The notes under the pieces: model-generated
What the model saw: the letters and a program-made list of their open reading frames with translations, nothing else
Database searches by the model: none
What the model was told of the DNA's origin: nothing
DNA from: an uncultured bacterium
GTDB lineage: Bacteria; Acidobacteriota; Thermoanaerobaculia; Multivoradales; JAHZIX01
Length of the DNA: 64,000 nucleotides
NCBI GenBank assembly: GCA_965368975.1
Contig: CBDUPA010000009.1
Coordinates: 1 to 64,000 of the forward strand
Reading direction: 5' to 3'
Program-made: the position numbers and the translations under genes
Part shown: positions 43,956-56,070 of the stretch, piece after piece
How the letters are laid out: each line of letters starts with the position of its first letter
Numbering within the stretch: position 1 is the first letter of the stretch

Positions 43956-46823
43956 TTATGCATGCCACATCACCTCAAGGTGCTGCAAGTCTTCCACTCC
44001 CAGGTGGATGGCGAGATCTCGGAAAAGCGACATAACATTATTGAAGCGCTTTTTATATCTATCCATCTCTGCTTCCATGCACAGTTCTGGAATGTTAAAA
44101 GAGTTCATCTCGAGATTTCGCAATGCCGCCTTCAGAAACTGCTCCTCCTCCAAGAACCACTCCAGAGTTGAGGTGCCCGAACTGGCATGTTTTCTGGCAG
44201 CACCAACTACATACTCGACGCTAGTAACCAACACACGCAACATGGTGTCGACCTCGGAATAGGTCGGCAGACGTCTCCTGAGAAGTGCCTTGAGCGAAGC
44301 CTTTGTATGGATGAATCTCTTAATGTAAGCCGCCGTTATCTGCTGCTTATCCAGATTCTGAACAAACCCCTTGAGGCCGGGTATGCCACCTCCCAACTTG
44401 GAGACCAGGGAGACTATATCTTCCTTCGGCAACTCACCACTTAGCTGGGGACGAAGGTCGTCCTGCCGTGCATCTTCCGACCACGCGGAGATGATGCTCT
44501 CGATTTGCTCCTTGATTTCCGGAGCTAAAGACTCGCTAAAGTGCAGAGCAGTCATTGCAGTTGTAGCGCGAGTAATCGCAGGGGCATACAGCACCAGGTA
44601 ACCGGTGCCACCATAAGCCATTCGGTACCGTCGCTCCCACAACTCGACTTTTGTAACAAGCTGACTCACAAGCAAATTGAGGTATGTCTTATATTCCGGA
44701 CTCACCTTCTTCAGACCCAAGACGATCTCTGTACTATTGAATGCCGTAGCAAGTGTTTCATACAGGATTCGTAATGTAATCATCTCCGTCTGATTAAGCT
44801 GTCTCGATATATCAGGTATCGCATTAAGGCTACTCCGATAGAAACCTATTTGTTTCCACTCAGTTTCACCCAACAGATCCAGAAGACGAAGATACTCCTC
44901 TAGCTTCGTCTGAAAAGTCAGCGAACGATCATTAACGGGTCTCTCTGCCAGCTCAATCGCGCAGTACCACACATATTCAAAATTACCCAGAACTCGACGA
45001 AAGTACTCATGCCCATGCTCGGAAAGCACAACATCCTGTCGCAAATCTCTTTTCTTCGCCCGAAGAGAACTGTTAGTGCTAAACCAGAGAAGTAACCTGA
45101 ATTTATTATGCAAGGAATTCAGGTTATCCAAAACAGCCTCAAGAGGAATTCCCGTCCGGGCCAGACGAGAGGCGACTTCGCTTACTACCATGCGCGGCTT
45201 GGCATTGAGCAAAGCTAGTATCCGAAGCTTCGAAAGCGTCGGATAGTTGGGGTGGGATCTAGCACGGGCGGGCAAGAAGAGATTTGAGACCCGCGGAATG
45301 GCTATCGGATGACGGCTCTCAGCCAACAACGTATAGACCAACTGCCCATACGGTACAGGAACACTCCGGGAGATTCCTTTCAAGTCGGTCCGACCGACAG
45401 CAGAACTCAAAATTATGGGCCTAATATAGAAATTCTGAAAAAATCGCTGCAGTTGATTGAGTGCATAACGGCAACACCTCCCCACTAAAGCATCCAGAGT
45501 ACCTGCAAGCTCCCTCAAAGCCTGCGAGGGAATCTGCAACAGGAACAAATAGTGGTGGTCGGCGTGGACCCGCTCCTTTAACTTTACAACAGGGTCTCCA
45601 CCTTTATCCTCACCCACAACCAAGATTAGTGCATAAAAGTAAGAACAAACCACAAAGGCCTTCACCTCCTCGTCAGTGGGTTCTTCGCCTGCTTGCCATG
45701 GACTGGGATAACTCTGTCCAGACTTGAGATCCTCTACAGACCTCCCAAGAACATACTTGATTAATCTATGCAAGACCATTGTGAAATTATTGGGCCCGTG
45801 ATGATACCGAAAGATCAGCTGCCGCTTATAGCTTCGATTCGCTATCGAACTCGGGCGTAAGGGTACCAAGATTGAAATCTTTGGGATCTCTGATGCTGCA
45901 TCTAACAATTCGTCTAGTATCGCCTCTATATGTGCCGTTGGCAGCTGGTCAAGATTGTCAATTATTAATATATTGAGCGGGTTCTCCGTAGAGCATCTCT
46001 GGACATAGAACTCCAGTAGAAGCCGCATGAAATCTCGGCTCTTCTCTGAATCTTCCGTGAGATCTTGAATCAGATCATCAAGGTCCGGCGCCGCCTCTCT
46101 GTAGGTGTCAATTAATTTCTTCACGACATCAAGGGTTGGCTCGAGTTCTAGTAGCGTGCCACCCATGGTTAGGGATCTTGTGACAAGCCCAACATGATTG
46201 GGATGCAAAGGCTCCTTCCAGCCAACGATGTCATTGACAATCAGCAACCTCCTCAGAACCGTGTATTCATCGTCCAAGAAGAGAACCTGTTGCGGCGTGA
46301 GTTCAGTTGGCGCCAACCACTCTTCTAGAAGCCGTGTATAGAGCGCGAACCGGATCTCCTTCATTGCACGACGGACAGCCCCCTTCTTCTTGCGGACATT
46401 ACCAGTCTTGAGAAAATCGATAATTAGGGGGCGCCGGGGACAAGCGATCCTGCCGCACGGGCAGTTGCTGGATCCAGCCAACTCAGCCAACTGCCGGGAG
46501 ACGTAGTTGACTGTCGTACTCTTCCCGGCTCCAAGGCCACCTACCAATATCAACAAATTGAAGTTTGGGCGGGTGTGAAGCCTCTGGACTAACTCGCTTT
46601 CATAGTTCACTCGTGGACTTCTTCCGGAGGTATCAGCTTCGATCACAATCGCTGGACCGTCACTATCGACCCCTGGATAAAGATTAATCCTCTCAGACCC
46701 GGGTATATAGTCTTCTCTGTCTAATAACTGCTCCGCTCCAATTACCTCTCTCAAGAAACCTATAATTCTTCCAAGAAAGACCTCATACTGGCCTTTTGCA
46801 AGCTGCGTCTCTACTTCTAGCAT
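43956..46823 (-). CDS. Low-GC 955-aa P-loop NTPase with putative winged-helix region (horizontally acquired)
   Basis: Walker A GGLGAGKST, Walker B LIIDNLD, sensor-like VPLRP; GGAG RBS; GC about 45-50% by eye versus about 65% in the flanks. Confidence 0.8.
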   Translation of the reverse strand: MLEVETQLAKGQYEVFLGRIIGFLREVIGAEQLLDREDYIPGSERINLYPGVDSDGPAIVIEADTSGRSPRVNYESELVQRLHTRPNFNLLILVGGLGAGKSTTVNYVSRQLAELAGSSNCPCGRIACPRRPLIIDFLKTGNVRKKKGAVRRAMKEIRFALYTRLLEEWLAPTELTPQQVLFLDDEYTVLRRLLIVNDIVGWKEPLHPNHVGLVTRSLTMGGTLLELEPTLDVVKKLIDTYREAAPDLDDLIQDLTEDSEKSRDFMRLLLEFYVQRCSTENPLNILIIDNLDQLPTAHIEAILDELLDAASEIPKISILVPLRPSSIANRSYKRQLIFRYHHGPNNFTMVLHRLIKYVLGRSVEDLKSGQSYPSPWQAGEEPTDEEVKAFVVCSYFYALILVVGEDKGGDPVVKLKERVHADHHYLFLLQIPSQALRELAGTLDALVGRCCRYALNQLQRFFQNFYIRPIILSSAVGRTDLKGISRSVPVPYGQLVYTLLAESRHPIAIPRVSNLFLPARARSHPNYPTLSKLRILALLNAKPRMVVSEVASRLARTGIPLEAVLDNLNSLHNKFRLLLWFSTNSSLRAKKRDLRQDVVLSEHGHEYFRRVLGNFEYVWYCAIELAERPVNDRSLTFQTKLEEYLRLLDLLGETEWKQIGFYRSSLNAIPDISRQLNQTEMITLRILYETLATAFNSTEIVLGLKKVSPEYKTYLNLLVSQLVTKVELWERRYRMAYGGTGYLVLYAPAITRATTAMTALHFSESLAPEIKEQIESIISAWSEDARQDDLRPQLSGELPKEDIVSLVSKLGGGIPGLKGFVQNLDKQQITAAYIKRFIHTKASLKALLRRRLPTYSEVDTMLRVLVTSVEYVVGAARKHASSGTSTLEWFLEEEQFLKAALRNLEMNSFNIPELCMEAEMDRYKKRFNNVMSLFRDLAIHLGVEDLQHLEVMWHA

Positions 46824-46956
46824 GATTCATCTCCAGGGTTTTCCAATAAATTGCCTTCGCTCTCTTGCGAGAGCTTCTGCAAGACTTCCTTCGCTCGGCG
46901 CTTCTATCTTTGTGCTCACGTCTCATCAAGGGATCAGTCTGGCAGAGAGCTAATTG

Positions 46957-48687
46957 TTAGCGGCCAGAGGCCTGCGGGTAGATCGGCTTCAGGTCGACGG
47001 GCACATCCCGCAGACGCTCGATCGCCGCCACAAGTTCAGGACTCGGACGACCGTAGCGCTCCAAGAAGTCCTTGGTGGCCGCGTAGTCGCCGGTGGCTTG
47101 CAGCATGACGAGACGGTGCAGCAGGTCGCGGATGGCGCCTGGGAAGGCGCCGCTGACGGTGGCGAAGCGACCCTCTTCGTCGACGGTGAGAGCGCCCTTT
47201 TCGAGCAGGTAGTTGAATTGCGCCACGACGCCTTGACCGTGGGCTTCGTCGTAGCCGAAGCGCGCGGAACGGAAGAGGCCAGCGACGTAGGTGGGCTCGA
47301 CGTAAGGGGCGAGATCTTCCGACATGTCACCGGTGCCGATGAGAGAAAGGATGTTGTAGATACCCATGACGTCGGCCTTGGCCTCTTCCATCACCGAGTA
47401 GAACTCCTTGAGTTCGAGACGGACCTCGGTCTCGCGACCGTCGACTTCGATCAAGCCGGGGCCGAGTCCGTGGGAGAGCTCGTGGTGCAGAACCTGGTTG
47501 AAGAAGGCCTCGAAGCTGACGTTGGCGGCATCCTCCGCACTGAGGGTGCGCTGCGCGATGGGCATGAGCATCTGGTCGTACTTGGCACGGATGACGTTGC
47601 GTAGCAGAACCTTCTTCGAGCCCTTGGCCTCGCGTACACGTTCGTCGTTGGGCAAGTTGTAGGCTAGCGCCTGGACGCCGGGACGGGCATCACCGTGGGC
47701 GTAGACGACATCGACGACGCGCAGCGGGCTCTCGGAACCGCGGTCGAGATTCTTGTGCTGCTCGGGGATCGGCAGGTTTTGTTCCAGCCAGGGCAAGCGA
47801 GCCTTGTAGGCGTCGAGCTTGGCGGACTCTCCAGGCAGCGCAACGGTGACGTAGGAAGTGAAGGCAGCCTTGAAGTTGAAGAGTTCGTCTTCGTAGACTT
47901 CGTAGGGTCCGATGGTCACCTCGACGAGGCCGTCGAGATCCATCCAAGCCAGGTCGCTCTCGTAGTAGTCGTCACTCAGGAAGGCGTCGGCGCGCAGTTC
48001 GAGGAAGCGCCGTAGCGTCGGATCGTCGGTCTGGCTGGCGGCTTGGCGCAGCAGCTCGGCCGCCGGCTGCAACCACTCGGCGTATTCCTCCGAATACGGG
48101 ACGGCACGCAGACCTCCGTCCTCGGTGCGTCGAACAACGCTGTTCAGGCTCTCGAAACCGGCGCGCTGGTCTGGATGCTCGGTGAGCCAAGCCTCGAACT
48201 CTTCCGCGGTCAGGTCTTCCGGATAGAAGCCCGCACCGGGCGGGTGCTCTTCACTACCGATAAACGGTTCGCGCTCGGCTTGCCGATCCCAGGGCCCCAT
48301 CATGATCTCGAAGTAAGAACGCGCGGCCTCGGGTCCGGGACCGCTCCAGCTCTGCAGACGTTCCCGCATCTCTGGATTGCCGCGCCAGGCCTGGCGCCAG
48401 AAGATCTCGGCCATCAGGTCACTGGCTTGCACCAGGGTAGCGACGACGGCACGATCGGACTCGGAGAGCGGCGACATGTCGGCCTGGATCTCGGTCGGGG
48501 CGAACTGCTCGACCCGCTGCTGCACGTCGTCGGCGTACGGCAAATCGGCGACTGCTGCAGCCACTTCGGGCTCGGAGGTCGCATCTTCACCGGAAGGACC
48601 GCAAGCCCCCGGGAGTACCAGGACGAGGGCCAGAGACAGGAATATCCAGCTAGAGGCGGAAGATCGGGGGTTGTGCTGTCGAAGCAT
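46957..48687 (-). CDS. Lipoprotein Zn-peptidase, M49/DPP III-like with HExxH pentapeptide
   Basis: Lipobox-like LPGAC, IGPYEVYED, AYNLPND, HELSHG, EEAKAD. Start set at ATG 48687. Confidence 0.85.
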   Translation of the reverse strand: MLRQHNPRSSASSWIFLSLALVLVLPGACGPSGEDATSEPEVAAAVADLPYADDVQQRVEQFAPTEIQADMSPLSESDRAVVATLVQASDLMAEIFWRQAWRGNPEMRERLQSWSGPGPEAARSYFEIMMGPWDRQAEREPFIGSEEHPPGAGFYPEDLTAEEFEAWLTEHPDQRAGFESLNSVVRRTEDGGLRAVPYSEEYAEWLQPAAELLRQAASQTDDPTLRRFLELRADAFLSDDYYESDLAWMDLDGLVEVTIGPYEVYEDELFNFKAAFTSYVTVALPGESAKLDAYKARLPWLEQNLPIPEQHKNLDRGSESPLRVVDVVYAHGDARPGVQALAYNLPNDERVREAKGSKKVLLRNVIRAKYDQMLMPIAQRTLSAEDAANVSFEAFFNQVLHHELSHGLGPGLIEVDGRETEVRLELKEFYSVMEEAKADVMGIYNILSLIGTGDMSEDLAPYVEPTYVAGLFRSARFGYDEAHGQGVVAQFNYLLEKGALTVDEEGRFATVSGAFPGAIRDLLHRLVMLQATGDYAATKDFLERYGRPSPELVAAIERLRDVPVDLKPIYPQASGR

Positions 48688-48803
48688 GGGATCGGCACTC
48701 CTTTCAGGCGGGTTCGGGAACCTCGGCCGTGAGCTTGTGGGCCGCGAGCTTGCGGGCCGCGTAGTCTTGAGTCTTGCAGTAGGTAGGGCGAAATTGTAGC
48801 GCG

Positions 48804-49481
48804 TCACGGGTCCCGCAGCAGCGCCCGGGCGGCCAGTTGCAGCAATTCCTCACCGGCCAGAATCTGGTCTTGCTCGCTGGCGATCTGGAAGCGGACCTCC
48901 AGCTCGAGACTCCAGCCGCGGTCGTCGAGCTGCAGGCGCAGTTCGGCGGTCAGATCCTCGGGCCGGTAGCTCCAGGACTCGATCAGGATATGGTCGACGC
49001 CAACGTCGCGGCCTCGGTCTCGGCCGGATTCGAGGGACGGCGACGCGCGGTATTGCTGGCTGAGCACGCTGGGCGGACCGAGCAAGATGTGCGCTCGGCC
49101 GCGGGCGGTCAGGCTGCCCCGCAGGTCGCCGGCACCGAACAACATGTCGGCTTCCTGGACACGCAGCAGGAAGCGGTCCAGATGTGGATTGCCAGCGACT
49201 TCGGGCGCCGGGTCGCGGCGGCGCCAGAACTCTTCGATGAACTGGGCGATCTCGCCCCCACTGCGCAGGCGACGGTACTCGCGCTGTTCGGAGGCCAGCA
49301 TGAGCCAACGTACGGGCCCTTCACCCCAGGTGGCGGCACGGCCTGGCGACTGGACACCGCGTGTCTGGGCACCCGCAGGCATCACGAAGGCCAGGAACAG
49401 AAGCAAGAGAATCGACAGAGGAAACTCTCGACTCTTGGGGCCCTGGAGGGTCCCCCGCAATGGACCCTGAAATTCACTCAT
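48804..49481 (-). CDS. GWxTD-domain protein (motif degenerate)
   Basis: W..GPVRWLM...E...FIEEFWRRRDP.P....N....F..RV..AD..F...GSLTARG...I.LGPP; signal-like segment. Confidence 0.8.
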   Translation of the reverse strand: MSEFQGPLRGTLQGPKSREFPLSILLLLFLAFVMPAGAQTRGVQSPGRAATWGEGPVRWLMLASEQREYRRLRSGGEIAQFIEEFWRRRDPAPEVAGNPHLDRFLLRVQEADMLFGAGDLRGSLTARGRAHILLGPPSVLSQQYRASPSLESGRDRGRDVGVDHILIESWSYRPEDLTAELRLQLDDRGWSLELEVRFQIASEQDQILAGEELLQLAARALLRDP

Positions 49482-49603
49482 CTCGGCATCCGAGGTCTGC
49501 CCTCCTGGCGACACGAGTGGCGAACGCACCGCACAGGTGCAGCGCAGTGGATCGGGGCACACAGAAGGGAAATCGTGGACACGCAAGCTGGATTCAGCTC
49601 TCC

Positions 49604-49894
49604 TCAGTTGACACCGTCCGGGGCCATCGGATCGATGGCTTCCTGAATCTTGCCGTGCTGCTGCTCGTAGCGCTGCAGGTTTTGACTGAGCGCGTTGATG
49701 ATGCGCTTGAGGTGCCCGGGGCTGGTGACCACACGGGCGGTGACGGCACCCTGCGGCGGCACCAGGTTGATGAAGTCGAGAATGAATTCTTCGCGCGTGT
49801 GGGTGATGCGCAGCAAATTGGCGTAGCGACCCTTGAGTTCGTCGTCGTCGATCTTGATGTTGATGTTGCGAGAGCTGGACGGATCGGGGGTCAT
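49604..49894 (-). CDS. DUF3467-like small protein
   Basis: INIKIDD...G.YAN...I.H..EEFILDF...ARVV.SP.H.KR...AL.QNL..YE...G.I. Confidence 0.85.
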   Translation of the reverse strand: MTPDPSSSRNINIKIDDDELKGRYANLLRITHTREEFILDFINLVPPQGAVTARVVTSPGHLKRIINALSQNLQRYEQQHGKIQEAIDPMAPDGVN

Positions 49895-50005
49895 GAAGGC
49901 TCCTTGAATCGACTATGCGCCGACGCTACCTGTAGTTTCGTTCAGTTTGGTTCGGTTCCAGACGGCCGGTTGCACCGGTCCGTTGGATGATCGCGAGTGT
50001 CGCGG

Positions 50006-52015
<2,010 letters not shown>

Positions 52016-52070
52016 CGCTTCTGTGTCGTTCCGGTGGATCGTCTGGTGATGTCGTTCCGTGGATTGCGCT

Positions 52071-53267
52071 TCAGTCGTAGCGGAGCTTGCGCGCACCGAG
52101 CAAGGTGCTCGCGAACCCGAAGCCCAACAGTACCAGGGAAGGCAGCCAGACGGCCTCCCAACCTCGGCCGAACGAGATCAGCGCGTGAAACGCGTTCATG
52201 GCCCAGGCGGTCGGGAAAGCGAAGGCAGCTGTCTGTAGCCACTGGGGCATGATCTCCGACGGCCACCAGCAACCACCCAGAGAACCGAGGATCATGCTCA
52301 GGATCCAGCCGACGCTCGACGCCTGCTCGGCCGTCGAAACCGTCGCGCCAAGGAGCAGCGACAGCCCCGCCACGGCGAGCGCATAGGAGAACAGCACTGT
52401 GACCAACGCTCCGGGATGACTACCCCAGCTGACGCCGAACAGCACGCTTCCGACGACCAGCAGCAGCACGATCTGCGCCGCCGCGATCAGCAGGCGGCCA
52501 CCGAGCTTGCCGAGCAACAGTTCCGACGGACGCAACGGTAGGGTCGCCTGGCGCTTGAGCATGCCCTGCTGGCGCTCTTTGGTGAGGAAGATGGCCCCGT
52601 AGATCAGCGTCATCATCAGCACAATGAACGTCAGCGTCCCCGGGACGCTCTGGGCTGTACCTTGCGGCACGGGCTGGCCGCGACCGGCGTCGGAAGCCTC
52701 GACCACCACCTTGGGCGGGCGCTCGGCCAACAACGAATAGGCTTCCGGTGTCATGCGAGCGTTGACATCTTCGCCTTCGGGTGTCGTCGAGGCCAGCTCT
52801 GCCATGCGTGACACCAGGCGCACCGAGGCACGGAAGATCACGGCTTGGGCCGCCAGCGTAAACGTCGGGTTGGCCTCCGTCTCGGCCTCGAGGCGCAGCG
52901 TCTGTTGCTCACCGGCCAGGGCTCCGGCGGTGAAGCCGGCGGGAATGATCAGCACGCGCGGCGCGGCATCCTCGCCGTCGAGCGCCGGCTGAGACCCGAC
53001 CTCCTCGAGCCGGACGTGCTCGACAGTAAGCTCGTCAACCAACGACCGGGCCAGCCAACCGCCGTCCTGGTCCTCGACTGCCAGCGCGATCTGGGGCTGC
53101 TGCGTGCTGCTCGAACCGGTGTGACCAAACAGCCACATGAAGGCCACCGGCAGCAGCAGCATCCAGATGATCGAAGCGCGGTCCCTGAGGGTCAACCTCA
53201 AGTCCTGCATCGCCATCCTACCGACACGAGAGAGCGACGCCTTCCAGCCACCCGGCCGCCCCATCAT
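52071..53267 (-). CDS. ABC-2 exporter permease
   Basis: N-terminal TM, large periplasmic loop, ERQQG.L.R, LGK, GGCWWP, P.W. Confidence 0.9.
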   Translation of the reverse strand: MMGRPGGWKASLSRVGRMAMQDLRLTLRDRASIIWMLLLPVAFMWLFGHTGSSSTQQPQIALAVEDQDGGWLARSLVDELTVEHVRLEEVGSQPALDGEDAAPRVLIIPAGFTAGALAGEQQTLRLEAETEANPTFTLAAQAVIFRASVRLVSRMAELASTTPEGEDVNARMTPEAYSLLAERPPKVVVEASDAGRGQPVPQGTAQSVPGTLTFIVLMMTLIYGAIFLTKERQQGMLKRQATLPLRPSELLLGKLGGRLLIAAAQIVLLLVVGSVLFGVSWGSHPGALVTVLFSYALAVAGLSLLLGATVSTAEQASSVGWILSMILGSLGGCWWPSEIMPQWLQTAAFAFPTAWAMNAFHALISFGRGWEAVWLPSLVLLGFGFASTLLGARKLRYD

Positions 53268-54538
53268 ACCGAGACTCCTTGACGGAGATGGCGGTGAAGC
53301 CGCGACGCACCAAGGGTCAGCGACAGCGCGCCAATCAGCGCCAGCACCAGCGCGTTGGGTGCGATATCGAGCATACCGCCGCCGGTGAGCAGCGAGACAT
53401 AACCGTCAGTGCCCCAGTAGAAAGGTGACAGCGGCGATATCTGGCGCAGCAGCGGCGGCAGGCCGTTGAGCGGAATGAAGCTACCGCCAGTGAAGGCCAT
53501 CACCAGGAAGATCACTGAACCGGCAGTACCCGCGCGCCCTTCGTCCGGCGCCAGACCGTAGAGCAAGGCCGCGACGCCGGTCACGCAGAGGATCAAGGTC
53601 GCCGACAGTAGCAGTGCGGCCAGCGGATCGCCCGTGCCCGCTCCCTGGACCCAGGCGATGATGCTGATCACCAGCAGGCAGCCGGTGGCGACCACCGCGG
53701 TGACCGCCACCTTGGAGGCGACGACGGTCGACAGGGTCACGGGACCCGCCAGCTGGCGCTGCAGGGTGCCTTGCTTCAACTCGGTGATCAGGTCGCGCAT
53801 GCACAACTCTCCGATCATGAACAGAGAGAAGACGGTGACTCCGGGCAGGATGAAGAGGAAGATCGAGTCGGTGCCATCACCGCTGTCGCCGTCTTCCTCG
53901 GCATCCGGCGTCGACGCTTCGAGCGTGATCACCGGCGGAAGGATGTAGGGCGAACCGGCCTGGATCAACCGATGGCTGCTCACCGCCACCGCTGCCACCG
54001 CGGCGGCGGTGGGGGCCTCTTCGGTGTCGAGGAAGGGCCGCAGTTCAGTGAGCGGTTCACTCAGGACGTAGGAGCCGGCGCTCAGGATTTCGGCCAACAC
54101 GCTAGTGATCTCCTCGGCGACCCGGGGCAGAATGCTCTGCGCCGGGTTGCGCACTAGCTCCAGAACGAGTGGCAACTCCGTTCGCGCCTCCGGATGGACT
54201 AGCAAAGCGTCGGTCAGCTCCGGCGGCAGCACCAGAAGCGCCGACGCCTCCCCGGCCTCCATGCGTGTCCGGCCGTCCTCGACGCTCACTTCCTCGGCGT
54301 CGAAGTACTGGGCTGCCTCCTCGTTGGCGAAAGCACCCACGAGGAAGTCACCCAGGAAACCTTCGTCCTGGTTGGCAATCAGTAGCTGGACCTTCGGTAC
54401 TCGCTCACCATCTCCCCCGAAAGCCAGGGCGAGCACCCCGGCGTAGATGAGAGGGAAGAGCAAGAGGATCAGGGTGCCCAGGGGACTGCGCCGGCGGCGG
54501 CGCAGATCCTTGCCCAGCATGTTCAGGATGGTGTTCAT
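53264..54538 (-). CDS. ABC-2 exporter permease
   Basis: KDLRR, E.KQGTL.R, GGSFIP; overlaps the neighbouring permease gene. Confidence 0.9.
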   Translation of the reverse strand: MNTILNMLGKDLRRRRRSPLGTLILLLFPLIYAGVLALAFGGDGERVPKVQLLIANQDEGFLGDFLVGAFANEEAAQYFDAEEVSVEDGRTRMEAGEASALLVLPPELTDALLVHPEARTELPLVLELVRNPAQSILPRVAEEITSVLAEILSAGSYVLSEPLTELRPFLDTEEAPTAAAVAAVAVSSHRLIQAGSPYILPPVITLEASTPDAEEDGDSGDGTDSIFLFILPGVTVFSLFMIGELCMRDLITELKQGTLQRQLAGPVTLSTVVASKVAVTAVVATGCLLVISIIAWVQGAGTGDPLAALLLSATLILCVTGVAALLYGLAPDEGRAGTAGSVIFLVMAFTGGSFIPLNGLPPLLRQISPLSPFYWGTDGYVSLLTGGGMLDIAPNALVLALIGALSLTLGASRLHRHLRQGVSV

Positions 54539-54568
54539 CTCAGGGCCCGCCGCCTCAGTCGCTCTCGC

Positions 54569-55498
54569 CTAGTCCCGAAGGGCACGGCCGGTGAGTTTCA
54601 GGAACAGCCCGTTGAGGCTCGGTGGCTCGATCGAGACGCTGTCGATCGGAATTCCTTGCTGGTAAATCACGCCCAGCAGTTCGGCGGCTCCCCGGCCTTC
54701 GCCCTCGGTGGCCAGCACCAAGCGCCCCTCCTCGGCGCTGATCAAGCGCACACCTGCCAGTGCTTCCAGCTTCTCGCGTGCCTTGTCGACGATGAAGCCA
54801 CCACGCAGGGTAACGACTTCCGCTTCCCCAACCATGTGCTGCAACTCCTCCAGCGTCCCTTCCGCGAGGATCCGCCCCTGGTCGATGATGCCGATGCGCT
54901 GGCACAGGCGCTCGGCCTCTTCCAGGTAGTGCGTGGTGTAGAGCACCGAAGTTCCGTTCTCAGCCACACGCTTGACCACGTCGAGCAGCTTCTCGCGCGC
55001 CTGCGGATCGATGCCGACAGTCGGCTCGTCCATGAGTACTGCTTGGGGCTGGTGGATAAGACCGAGGCTCAGGTTCAAGCGGCGCTTCATGCCACCCGAG
55101 AAGCCCTTCACCGGTTCTTTCGAGCGACCCGTCAGGCCCACCAGGTCGAGGGCTTCGTCGATCGCCTGACGCAGCTTGCGGCCACCGAGACCGTACATGC
55201 CACCCCAGAAGCGCAGATTCTCGCGTGCAGTCAATTCCTCGTAGATCGCCACTTCCTGCGGCACGACCCCCAGACGGCTCTTGAACAGGATGGGATCGGC
55301 AGCCAGGTCGACACCATCGAAGGTGATACGACCGGCGTCTGGAGCGAGCAGGCCGGCGATCATCGACATGGTGGTGGTTTTGCCCGCTCCGTTGGGGCCG
55401 AGCAATCCGTAGATCTCGCCGCTCCGTACCTCGAATGACACACCGTCGACGGCACGGATCTCGCCGAAGCGCTTTGCCAGGTCTTCCGCCCGGATCAT
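54569..55498 (-). CDS. ABC-2 exporter ATP-binding subunit
   Basis: GPNGAGKTT, FSGGMKRR, DEPTVGID, TTHY. Confidence 0.96.
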   Translation of the reverse strand: MIRAEDLAKRFGEIRAVDGVSFEVRSGEIYGLLGPNGAGKTTTMSMIAGLLAPDAGRITFDGVDLAADPILFKSRLGVVPQEVAIYEELTARENLRFWGGMYGLGGRKLRQAIDEALDLVGLTGRSKEPVKGFSGGMKRRLNLSLGLIHQPQAVLMDEPTVGIDPQAREKLLDVVKRVAENGTSVLYTTHYLEEAERLCQRIGIIDQGRILAEGTLEELQHMVGEAEVVTLRGGFIVDKAREKLEALAGVRLISAEEGRLVLATEGEGRGAAELLGVIYQQGIPIDSVSIEPPSLNGLFLKLTGRALRD

Positions 55499-55650
55499 GG
55501 GTTCAGGCTCCTTGGATGGTTGCTGGATGAATGCTAGCAGACCGTCACTGTACCGCTACGGAGATCCCCTGCTAGATGTTGCAACCTGTCGGCATCGTAT
55601 TCATCACACACTACAATCAGCCACACATCCCGGCAATGAAAGGAACCCGT

Positions 55651-56070
55651 ATGCTGCTCGCTGACGCATCCGAGCTCACTCCGCCCATCGCGCAATTCGA
55701 TGGCTTCTTACACTTCATCGCTCAGAGCATCGGCTTGGTCGGCGTGTTGGTCATTCTCTGGGGTCTTTTGCGCGCCCTGGTGCAACTAGGACGGCTGGAA
55801 GCGGCGGCGATGCGGGGAGCCATCGATCCACAGGGCCGTGAGCGACTACGGACCGACCTCGGCTACTACCTGCTGCTGGGCTTGGAATTCCTGGTCGCCG
55901 CGGACGTCGTCGAGACGATCCGTGCGCCCAGCCTCGAACACCTGGCGGTACTCGGCGCCATCGTCGTGATCCGGACCGCGATCAGTATCAGCCTGAACTG
56001 GGAACTTGCACAGCACCGACGTGCTGCCGAGGAGCGTGATGCTTCCGCTAACCTGGAGACCGCCGGGTGA
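55651..56070 (+). CDS. DUF1622 membrane protein
   Basis: LG.YLLLGLEFLVAADVVETI..P......LG.IV.IRT..S..L..E. Confidence 0.88.
   Translation: MLLADASELTPPIAQFDGFLHFIAQSIGLVGVLVILWGLLRALVQLGRLEAAAMRGAIDPQGRERLRTDLGYYLLLGLEFLVAADVVETIRAPSLEHLAVLGAIVVIRTAISISLNWELAQHRRAAEERDASANLETAG

Noticed and set aside
36215-46956. Possible integrative element at tRNA-Glu extending to the low-GC gene
   Set aside because: I found no integrase and no duplicated tRNA 3' end (attR) by eye, and the intervening abgT/ampG genes look host-like, so it is not called as a mobile element.
52071-55498. ABC-2 exporter as the dedicated transporter for the RiPP-like peptide
   Set aside because: It lies about 6 kb away on the opposite strand with an unrelated operon in between and has no C39 peptidase domain. 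There is no evidence of linkage.
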